64,000 nucleotides of DNA from Paramoeba atlantica. Its lineage: Eukaryota; Protista; Discosea. Made by a program: the position numbers and the translations under genes. Below are positions 13,289 to 24,874 of this stretch, piece by piece (the stretch's first letter is position 1; each line of letters begins with the position of its first letter). The DNA lies in assembly GCA_977017575.1 (NCBI GenBank), contig CDRNVI010000189.1, forward strand, positions 37,247 to 101,246, given 5' to 3'. The notes under the pieces are model-generated. The model did not search any database, was not told where the DNA came from, and saw only the letters and a list, made by a program, of their open reading frames with translations.

Positions 13289-14046
13289 CTATGGAGAATA
13301 TTGTCCAAAGGCAGGGAAAATTCCAGTGAATGTTTCCACTGAAATTGTATCTGGATCCTGATTTTTTTTTTGTTAAAAAACCAAAAAAAAAAAGAGAAGG
13401 GATTTTTGATAAGCACTAACCCTTTGAAGTTGAATCACAACTCCTTCAGCGTGGTCGGTGATGTTGTTCAAGGTAGTTTTTTCGACAGCTCGAAAGTACA
13501 GTTGAAATCGGTACAACTGAGTTTCGTAAGATGCTATGAAAAACGCTTGAGTCTCTCTTTTTCTTCAATTTGAACATAAAAAATTTCCAAAAAAAAATGA
13601 AAGACAAACGAGGACACAACGCGACGTAGGGGTAAACCTCATCCCCATCAATATTTCCAAGAGCAGATGCATTGAAAGGAAGAGAACCAACAACAGGAAG
13701 ATCGGTTACTGCCCAGTGCAAGTAAGTATACCCAAGACCAACTTCGGCGTCTGGATCGTCAAGAACCATAACAGCGCTCATTGCATTTCCTGGGGGTTGG
13801 CCCCACTTCATCGCTGGAGAAGCGCTTTCACCTCCTGGATATCCGAAGGGAGAATAATCTGCTGTGGGACAAGTGTGGATCTGCTTTTATCATGAGATGT
13901 GTGGAATGATAACGGTCAAAACAAAAAAAAAAAAAGAGACAAACATTTGATAGAACTCCATCAGGAGCAAAGTTCACAGGAGCAAAAAAAGCAGATGTTA
14001 ACGCCACAAAAAGAAACAAGAACACGCTTTTTTCTTTCCAGTTCAT
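13289..14046 (-). CDS. Secreted PEBP-fold protein, YbhB/YbcL (Raf kinase inhibitor-like) type
   Basis: Signal-peptide-like N-terminus (VFLFLFVALTSA); SPAMKWGQPPG, VLDDPDA, YLHWAVTDLP, YVALCP, LYRFQLY; four exons. Confidence 0.75.
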
Positions 14047-14292
14047 CTTTTTTGAGGAGGAGGGAAGGGGTGTGACAAGAAAAAAAAAGTCAAAGAGTTT
14101 CGAAAAAGTTCTTTTTCTGTGGAGTCCCCCTGAAAAAAATAGGACACCGTTTCCCACCGTTTCTCTTTTTTTCAACTCGCACTTTTTTTCAGTTTGCTCT
14201 CTCTTTTCCTTCTTTTTGTTTCATTCTTATCAACTTTCGTTGTCTCTTTTTTTTCTTTTTTTTTTGTTCTTCTCTTTTGAGTTGGGGCAACA

Positions 14293-17200
14293 ATGAAAAA
14301 TGCATTTGGTGGCCATAAAGATTACATGGAAGAGAAGAAGCGAAAATTAGATCAACAATTCCAAAGTCGTTTTTCTGATGACCCTTCTTCTTGTTCGATC
14401 CTCTCAGCGAAGGATCTTTCGAAAGAAAGTTCAATTCAGTTTTGATTCTCTCTTTTTTTTTTTCAATTGGAAAAGATTGGAGAGAGAACCAAAAAAGGAG
14501 TTGATCATTTATTTTTGATAATTTTCTTTTTTCTTTCTTTTGAAAGAGATGGAATCTTCAGAGGAGTTCATGTTTACATTACTGGGTTTACTGATCCGCC
14601 CCTCCCTGAGCTTCAAAGTTTACTTGGTTCTCTTTCCTCTTTTCTTTCTTCTTTCCTCTTCCTCTTCTGTTCTGTTCTCAGTTTAATCGATGAAATACAG
14701 GGAAAAATGGTGGAAAACATGAACAATATTTATCAAAGAGAGTAACACACATTGTTGCTTCAAATTTGCCTCTAACAAAAGTCAAAGAATGGAAAAAGAA
14801 AGGGTTATTTTTTTCTCTTGAAAGGAGCGAGAGAAAGAGAAAAAGAGATGAGATAGATGTTGATAATCAATATCAGAATTCGTCAGTTGAAAATTGTTTC
14901 TCCTCACTGGTTGGTTCATTCCGTGGAGCAAGGCCGTCTCCTCCCTTGGATTCAATATGATTTGTTTAAATCATTACAAGTATTCATTCTCTTTCCTTTC
15001 GTTTTTCTGATTCTTATTATTCTTCTGGGGATTCTTTTTTGTTTAATTTTTGTTTGAACAAAGAGAGGTGGAGAATTCTCAACAGGAGTATCGTCACTTT
15101 ATCGAGTCGAGGCATCAACCAAATCCTATCTCAAACCATTTAATCCGCAAACTGATCTTGATTCTTCATTTATTCGAAAGGAAAGTCAGGAAAGGGGAGA
15201 AGAAAGAACAGAAATCAAAGAACGGGAACAAAATCAAGAAAAAGAACGAGAAAACAAACCACAGAAGAAAAGAGAGGAACAACAAAATAGATTCGAACAA
15301 AAAACAACAGAAAAAAAGAAAGAAACCCAGACGACAATCAAGAAAACTATCAAACAAAACCCTCCACAAAAGATGAAACAGATTCCAAACCCAAGTCTTA
15401 CAGCAGTGGATGATGACTTTATCAAAAATTATTATAACCATTCCCGGTTACATCATCTTTCAACTTGGAAACAAAAGTTTAGAGATGAGATGGCGAAGAT
15501 GGTAGAAGCAGAGACGAGACTTTATTATGATCCAAGTATTGCTTCGACTACATCAACAACAAACCCTTCAACAACAACATCAACAACATCAACAACATCA
15601 TCATCAACAACAAAGAAGACTCGACTTATTTGCCATCTCGATTTCGATTGTTTCTTTGCGTCAGTGGCGATGAGATATCAACCTGCATTATATGGAAGGC
15701 CAGTGGCTGTTTGCCATTCTACTTCTCGTTCTTCTACTTCTACTTCTCAGATTGCTTGTGTTAATTATGTTGGGAGAAAGTTTGGATTGAGGAATGGGAT
15801 GTTTGTTGCTGAGGTATGGTTCTATTCCATTTTTCGAAGATTTTTGTTTTGTTTTATTCTTGTTCTTGCTCTAAAAATGAAATGTAAATTAAAATCCCCT
15901 CCTCTCTAAACCTTCCTTTTCTATTTTATCTCTTTTTAGGCTTTCAAGAAATGTCCAGAACTTGAAGTTGTTCCTTATCAGTTTCCGAAATATGAAAAAA
16001 TTTCAACGATGTTTTATCGATTTTTATTAAAATATTCCAAAAAAATCCAAGTTGTGAGGTTTTCTATTCTTTTCTTTCAAGCAATGAAGATTAATTTAAT
16101 TAGTTAGTCAATTAATTTATTTTTTATTAAATGTAGTGTTTTCAATTATATTTTCTGTTTGAAACTAACCTTTGTTCTCTCCCTCTTTATCAACCAATAG
16201 TTGTGATGAAGCCCTGATAGATATCACGGGATGTGAGAATCCAGAGGCGCTTGTTTTAAAAATAAGAGAAGAAGTGTTTCAAAATTGTGGTTGTAATTTG
16301 AGTTGTGGGATTGGAACAAGTATTCTTGTTGCCAGGATGGCTTGTCGGTTTTTCTTTTCATTCCTTCATCATCTCTCTTTTTCTTCCTTTTTTCTCTCTT
16401 TTTTCTCTCTCATCGCGATTCCTCCATTTTGTGTCTTTAGAAAAGCAAAACCAAATGGACAAAAATTGGTGTTGCTTGATCAAACAGATGAATTTGTTGC
16501 ATCAATGCCAATCTCTTCTCTTCCTGGTTAACTTTCAAGAACTTATTTTATGGAAATTCGATTTTCTGAATAATTAACAAATTTGATTTCAGGTGTTGGG
16601 AGAAATATACTCAAAAAAATCGAGAAATTAGTTTCGCCTCAAATCCAGAGTTGTAAAGATCTTCGAAGTATCCCAAAAAATGTTCTTCAAACTCATTTTG
16701 GAAAAAAAGTGGGGGAAGGTTTGTGGGGAATGTGTCGGGGAATCGATGAGAGAGAGATTGTTACTGGTTCTTTTTCTTTTGAATTCTTTTCTCTTTCTTT
16801 TTTCTGATTTTGGGTCTTTTTATTTTTTAAAAACCTTTTTTTTTCAGATTGGTCTCGAAAATCAATTGGAGCAGAAGTAAATTGGGGGATGAGATTCACT
16901 GAACAAAAAGAAGTCACAAACTTTCTCAAGCAACTCGTCACAGAAGTCGTCTCCAGAATGAGAGAGTCACGTGTTGCTGGTCTTCGAGTGACCATAAAAG
17001 TTAAGAAAGCAAAGAGAGAAGGAGATGGGGAGAGAGGAAGGGGAAAAAGGAAAGAAAAGGAACGTGGAAAGAATTTGGAAGAAGAGGAAGAAGAAGCAGA
17101 AGAGGAAAAAGAGGAAGAAGACGAGATCGATGCAGAAGAAAGAGGGGAGAGAAAAATTATCCAGCCATACAAATATCTAGGACATGGACCGTGTCATAAT

Positions 17201-18658
17201 TACAGCAAATCAATGACACTCCCCCAATTCACAAACACAGAAAAAGTAATCTTTTCGACGAGTAATATTTTGTTAACTGAGTTAAAAATCTTGCCTGTGG
17301 AGTTGAGAGGGTTGGGAGTTCATATGAGTAATTTAATTACTGTTTCTGAGTTGAGCGGTTTTTCTGGGGAGGAAGGAGGAAGAGAAGAGGGGAATGAGGA
17401 AGAGAGAAGAGGCGGAAAGAGGCATCAGTCGACGATTTTTGAGAAATTACTGGAGAAACAAAAGGATCGTGAAAAAGAAGAAGAAAAGGAAAGAGAAGAA
17501 AGAAGGAAAGGAAAGAGGGAGGTGGGAGATTCTTCAAGTGGGGAGGTGAAACAAATGAATATTGATGCTATTGAAGGAGGGGATGGTTCTCGATTCTCCG
17601 AAGGTGCTTGTTTTGTTCCTCCTCCGACCTTATCTCAACTTGATCCAACGGTGATTGATGTCCTCCCGGAAGATATTCGGAGAGAGATTGATAGAGAATA
17701 CGGAAGGTCAACAGAGGAGAGAGAAGGCGACAATGAAGATGATCATCTGAGTTCTCTTGTCCATTTTGTTGATTTGCCTAATTTCTCTCAACTTGATGAA
17801 AGTGTTTTGGGGATGCTTCCTTGTGGATTACGGAAAGAAATTGACATCGAATATTGGAAAAGAAAGAAGAACAAGAAGAGGGAAAGAGTGATTGAGGGGC
17901 AATTGTTCTTAGAAGATCGGAACCCGCCAAAGAAAGCCAGACAACAAACACTTCGTGAGACTGGATGTCGAGCTTATGCACAAGAAGGGGATGATTTTGT
18001 TCTTCCAATTGCACATAAGATCCAAAAAGAATTCGATGTGGAGATGCTGTTGACCTTAAGTCCTTCGCTTATCACAGAGACACTTGAGGGAATGGGTTAT
18101 CAACGCCAGGATATCTCTGATATTTTGAAATTGAAACACAGGCAAGTGGATCAGACAGATATTCAACAACCACACACCCCTCTTCAGCGATTTTCCCCGG
18201 TTCAACATCGATCACCAGATAGAGCTCAACAACAACAACAACAACCACAACCTCAACTTCAAAGAAACCAACAACCAATCCCACAATTAATCCAACACCA
18301 CCAACAAATTACACAACAGCAACATCCCACCCCTTCAAACAGAACAATTATCAAGCATGCGCCATCATCACTTCTCTTCTTTCACAGTGAACCAATAGAT
18401 TTCGAATTTCGTGCCACAGTCAAGAAATGGATGGGAAAGACTCTCCATCCCTCTCCTCTCCAACAAACAATGCTCTCTCTTTTCTTACAACAACTTGTAT
18501 TTGAGGGAAACTTGGAGGGTTTGCAATTTATGGTTCGGTTTCTCTCTCATTTTGCAGAGGATAAATTTCCACAATGGAAGAGTACTGTTGCGAAAGTTGT
18601 TCAGGATGTACAGGAGGCAGTTGTTTCAGTGTTTGGTGGTTCCCTTTTGGTGACTTGA
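14293..18658 (+). CDS. REV1: Y-family translesion polymerase / dCMP transferase REV1 (multi-exon)
   Basis: FGGHKDYMEEKKRKL N-terminus; BRCT (IFRGVHVYITG..THIVASNL..WLVHSV); SRLHHLSTW; HLDFDCFF; S|CDEA; GHGPCHNYSKS; two UBM-like repeats (SQLDPTVIDVLPEDIRREI, SQLDESVLGMLPCGLRKEI); C-terminal domain ending in TGA. Confidence 0.95.
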
Positions 18659-19029
18659 TTTTTCTTTCTCTTTTATCTATTTTGTGAAATATCCCCCAAT
18701 CGAACCGAAAAAGTTCTTCACATTTTTGAGGACGATTAGGAACTTGAGTTTCTGAAACTGAAATTTTCTTCAAAAAAAAAAATCCCATTGAAATGGGCTT
18801 TTATGAATTGGAGAAAACTCAATAAAATTCTCAACTTCAACACACTGTTTTTGGTCGAAGCCTTCGAAAAGGGAATGAAACTTATTTGATCTTTTTTACA
18901 GTCAAAATAAATGCAAAAAAGCTTTTACTCCCTTTTCTGGCGCTCTTTTTTTGGAGCCTTCGTTTCGTTTAAAAAAGTTGAAAAAAAGCGTCTGAGTTTA
19001 GAGAAAGGAGAGAAGAGAGAGAGAAAGGG

Positions 19030-22000
19030 ATGGAAGAAGAAAAGAGAAAGAAGAAAGTTGTGATTAAAGGAGAAGAAAAGAAGAAGAAGAGAGTTGTGGT
19101 TGGGATTGTTGGAGTGAAAGGGAGTGGGAAAAAGACTCTGTTGTACCAAACTTTGGCACGTTTTGGAGATCTCAATTCTTTTGGGATTCGTTGTCCATCA
19201 AAGTAATTTTATTTTTTTCATTTTTTTTTTCTTTAAAATTCTTTCCTCCTCTTTCTTCTTTCTTTTTTTTATTCTTATGAAATTTTGATCAACACAATTT
19301 TTCTCGATTCAGTGATGATCTCTTTTCAACTCTTTGGACAAACACTCGCAACTTAATAAGTGGAGCAAGAAAGGCAAGCCACCAAGGAAATGATGATCTT
19401 TGGAATACAATTAAAGATGTTGCTGATTTTAAAATTGGTTTTTCTTCAAAGAATATTGATCTTATTGCTCCTCTTTGGGAAAGAGTTATGACAAGTGTAT
19501 GTATTTTTTCTCTTCTTTCTTCTCTCCCCTCCCTCCTCTCTTTTTCTCTCTTCTTTTCTCTTTTTCTTTTTTATCCCTCTCTCAAATTTACACACCATCT
19601 CTCTTTTCTTTGATTCACACCCCTCATTCTTTTTCCTTTTCTCAAAAAAAAGGGAGACAAAACAAAAGAAGCCGTTTACAGATCATGTGTCGGATCACAA
19701 AGATTGTCTCCATCTTGGGAATCACTTGCCATTGCCATTCCTCGGATTGTTAAAGAAAAAGAAGCATTTGAAACAAAATTTGAAGAGTTGGTTCAGGCGA
19801 AAGTCGATTCTTTGAAGAGGATTCAGGCTGATTTGAGTTTGGAGGGGAGTGATTTTTCTTTTGTTGTTCCTGATTCTGCTCAGGTTTTTATTTGCTTTCT
19901 CATTTTCTTTTCTTTTTTTTTATATCTATTTTGATTAAGTTTATTAATCAATTTATTTATTAAAATAAGCAGAATGAGGAACTCGATCTTCGAATTTTCA
20001 CGGTTCCAATGAGCGATTTTAATGATACGTCATCTCCAAATCAAAATCTTCTCAAAGGTTTTTTTTTTTTAATAACAAGAAATTATTTGTTTTCCCACCC
20101 AAAAACAAAAGAGTAAAATTATTTTACCAAGAAACCCAACACAAGAACAATAATTGAAAATCCGAAAAATATCTTTCTGATAAGTCTCTCTCTTTCCCTC
20201 TCCCCAAAAAAAAACAACAGAATCATACCAATCTTGGCAGAAAACATCTTCACTTTCCCAAACCCCAACAATCCTCTTCTTCACAGGATACGATTTATTC
20301 AAAAAAAAGATCCAAAATGGAATACAATTAAAAGATTTTTTCACTGATTTTGAAGGTCCAAAAAATGATCCCCTAGAAGCTCTCCATTTCATAATCCAAA
20401 AATTCTCTTCTGCATCTTCTGTTGAATTATTAAAAAATGGACATGTCATTCTGTGTGTTGGATCAGCTCTTGACCCAACCTCCATCTCCAATTTCCAGCG
20501 TGTTTTGATTCCGTTTTGTCAAAGAAAATCGTTTCAAAATCTGCCACATGTTGCGTTTGATTTGACCCATCCTGAGATGGCTCTCTCTATTACCGATTCA
20601 AACCCTCCATCAAATGAAGTCCAACTACTTCAGAATCTCTTCTTTGAATCTTCTTCGAAAGATATCACCCTTACGGCCATTCCCAATTTCGAAACCGCTC
20701 AACTATCATTCAAACACCAGATGAAATGTGCAGATGGAGCTCTAAACTTTTTCTCAAACCCATTCGTGACGACAAAACGACTCGATTTAAAATATTTAAA
20801 ACGTGGTTCAATGGACGAAGCTACCTCAGCATGGAAAAAGATCAAACCTGAAAATTGTAATGAAGGAACAGTTGGTTTTCGTCACCCAACCATCACAAGT
20901 TTCTTTGGCGTCTCTTTAGACCCCCCAGCGTTCGTAATGGAATATATGGAGGGGGGAGATCTTTCTTCTTATTTGAATGAACCACTTGGTATTCTTGGTG
21001 ATTTGGTTCGTGTTCTTGAAACGTTGTGGCGTGCGGTCGGTGTTGTCACAATCCAGCGAGAAGTTGCGGAAAAGACTTTGAAATCTGTCCCACTGGATCT
21101 TAATTTGGAGACATTGTGTCATGGTTCATTTCAATTCGAAGCGATTCCAAAGTTTAAAAAGTGGAGAGAGATGTTGGATGTTTGTCCAAGAGCGGGGAAA
21201 AAAGAAAAAGGAGAGGTTGAATTGTTGGAAAATAGTGTCACGCGTGCTTTGAATGATTTTTTGAAAGATCCAAATGATAAAAGGAAGAATGAAACTGTGG
21301 GGGAGGTTATTAAGGATGTTTCAACTTTGGGAAGGAGACATGGATCTCTTGTTGGTTTGTTTTTGGATGTGTTTTTTTAATTTTTTTTTTTTGGTGGGTT
21401 TTTAGGGTTTTAATTAATTTTCTTGTTTTTTTGGTTTTTCAAAAAGAAAATACTTTCATTTTTCCAGAAGATTTATTAATCTTAAAATTAAAAACTCACT
21501 CATTTTGTGGAATAGGTGATGTGGATTGGAATATTCGATTAAAGATTGCTCTTGATGTTATTTCTGGAATTCTCCATCTTCTCTCTCGCTCTCCTTCAGT
21601 CCTTATGTCTGATTTGAGTGTATTCTTTTTCTTTCTTTGATTCTTTTTCTTTTTTTTCTTTTTGAAATTTTAATCATTCTTCATTATTTAGTCTTCAATG
21701 ATCTTATTGACAAAAGATCCGTTAAAGATCAAGATTGACGATCCTGAGTGGATTGTCGCGCCACTCGCAAAGGTTTCCTTTCATTTTCACTCTTTTTTTT
21801 TTTGGAATGAAAGAAATCTCTTTCTTTTAATACTTTTCGAATCTGATCCAATTTTTTTCATGATTTAGTTGGTGTATTTGGGACCATACCAAAAACTGAT
21901 TGAGGTTGGGAAGATGGAAGGTGAAGTGTCTTGGACTGCTCCTGAAGTTCTTCGTGGACATTCCCCAACTCTTCGCTCTGGTTTGTTTGGAAAATCTTTG

Positions 22001-24834
22001 TTAAGTTTTAAAAAATACACAGACTGAAGAGATTTTTTAATTATTTTGGAATTTGTTTAATTGGTCTTCATATGAATCAGCTCAATTGGTTGATACTCAC
22101 ATCCACTTTCTCTAGTTGTTTACACAGTAGGAATTCTTCTCTGGGAACTCTGGACATGTCAGCGCCCATACGACACCTTAATTCGAGAGAGTGGTGTTAC
22201 AGCTGAGGAAACCCAAAAATTCTTAAAATCATTTGTATTAGAAGGAGGACGACCGTCCTGGTTTTTTTCCCTTTTTTTTTATTTCCTGTTTCCTCTTTTC
22301 CCTTCTCTTCTCTTCCGCTCTCTTCCTTCTCTAACTATTGTTTCTTTTCCAAAAAGGCCACCAATTAGCACAGATCATGTTCGAACTTGTCCACCAGAAT
22401 ACCGAACACTTGTTGAAGCATGTTGGACAGAAAACTCTGGTCTGAGACCAAGATTTAAAGAGTTAATTCATGCTTTGTTACTTGTTTCTTCGAGTTTAGC
22501 GCCGAAATTACACTCTGAATTAATTAAACAACCTCACTTTGTTGATTATTGGGTTGCTGGAGAGGGAAGAGAGCCCAAAAACTCTGGTAAAGAATCGAAG
22601 GAATTAGAAGGAGAAAGATTTGTTGTTATTCCTTCCTCAAAGAAAGAGAGTGTGGCGGAGGAAGGTGACGGTCCTGAGATCAAAGCAGCACAAATTAGGT
22701 GGGTTTATTTGATGACAAATTTGGCCAAACAAATCTCTTCTGATGGGGGTCCTCTTGTGAAAGATTTGGAGTTTTCTCTTTCATATCTGACTTTGGGACA
22801 AGCGGTGCTTTTTCGGAAACGAATATCTGCAACTTTTGGAGTTCAAGTTTCGTCTGATAATATTTTACGGTCTGCAGGAGATGGTTTCACAATTGGAAAG
22901 TTTTTGGAAAGATATGTCCTTTCGCTGCGTTCGTTTCGAAGGTGGAGAAAGAAATTGAGACAACTTTTTGAAGAGTTGGACAATAGTGAAGAGTTGGTCA
23001 AAAATACTGACTTTTTTAATTTGAAATTGGAAGAATTGAATCTTCGGTCGAGTGAACTAATTGCTCTTCAAAATTTAATTGCGGATCGATTTGCTGTTAT
23101 GATCCCGTCTGGGAAAATGTTTCAAGTTGTCAAAGAGGGGAGAACACTTGAGGATTTTTTGGAACAACATCTTTTGCCACATCGAAACCGTCTCGAGCGT
23201 CGCAGCAACGTGGACGACAAGTTCCAAAATCGAGTTTTAAATCTCTTTGCATCTCTTGAGAATGGCGATCAACTAATCAAAATGACCGATTTTATGGATC
23301 TTTCTCTGTCGGAATTAGGGTTATCTTCTTTACAAATGGTTGGTTTACAAGACGCCATCTCAAAAGAATTTGGAGTTTTTGTACCATCTGGATTATTGTT
23401 TGAAGCTGTGGCAACTAATTTATCCATTTTCCAATTCTTTAAAAAATATGTGATTGCTTCTTGGAAGAGAGCTGTTGAAACAGAGAATCGTCAAAAGTCG
23501 TCACACTCTACTTCACCGAAATCTGGACGTGACGCCGAGGCCAGTCGACTCTCTCCTCTCAGCGAAGTTGATGCGCTTCAAATCCGAAACCTATTTGGAA
23601 AAATCGAAAAATGCAAAGAAATTTCCACCAAAGAAGATTTTTTACAAATCCTTCTTTTGGACATGAATATGAACTCAACAGATCTGGTTTACCTAAAAAA
23701 TACAATCTTTTTCGATTTTGGGGTCTATTTACCATCTGAGGTTATATTTCAATCTATGACCGAATCGATTACAATTGCGGATTTTTTTGTGAGACATGTT
23801 TTTGAGAAGTTGCCAAGAGAGAGAGGAGGGGAAGAGACGGGGAGGGCGAGAGGAGGAGGAGGGGTTGTTGTTACTGAGCAGGATAAGGCTGAGATTTTGA
23901 AGACTTTGATGACTTTGGGGTCTTTGAGACCGATTGGGTTTGGTGTTTTTTTTTATTATTATTATTTTATTAGTATTATTATTATTTTTTATTTTTTTTT
24001 TATTATTTTTTTTTTTCGTTTATTTATTTATTTATTTTATGTTTTTTTCTTCCTTCTTTTCTTACTGTTGATAATTTTATCATAATAAAAATAATTCTTT
24101 TCTCTTAAACAGAGAAAAAGAAGGATATGAAATGTTAAACATGTCGTTGGACTCATTTTATATGAACTCACTGGAATTAGTTGGATTTCAAAATGCAATT
24201 TCTGTCGCTTTTGGAGTCTTTGTTGCATCTGGCGCAGTATTTGATGGTTTTTTTCTCTCTCTTCTCTTCTTCTTCTCTCCTCTCTTCCTTTTTTAGAGTA
24301 TTTTTTTGATTAACTACTTCCTCTCTCTACCTCAATCTCTATCTTTTCTGTATTTATTGTAGGAGTCGCAAAACAAATGACAGTTATCGAATTTTTTGAA
24401 AAATATGTTTTTGAGGCAAGAGTGAAGAAATCAAAAAGAAAGAGAAAAGTACAGAAGACTCATCTCAAAGAAGAAGAAGAGAGAGTTTCTTATATAAAAA
24501 GAAATAAGAGAAGTAGCTCTTCTTCTTCTTCTTCTCTTATTTCTACCTCTGCTTCTGATCTTGGTCGAAGTGCTCACTCTTTTGCTTCTTTGAGTTCACT
24601 TGTACAAAAATCAAAAAAGAAAGAGAAAGACAAAGAGAAAGACAAAGAGAAAGACAAAGACAAAGACAAAGACGGAGAGATAAGGTTTCGGGTTGGGAGG
24701 AGTGATGGGTTTGCTTTGGAAAAGAAAGAAGAAGAAAGAAAGGAAGGAGAGGTAAGAGTAAGAAAGGGAAGTAATGCAGCTTTTTGGGTTTTTTTTCTTT
24801 TTTCATTTCCTTTCTGTTCTTTACTCCTTTCTCT

Positions 24835-24874
<40 letters not shown>

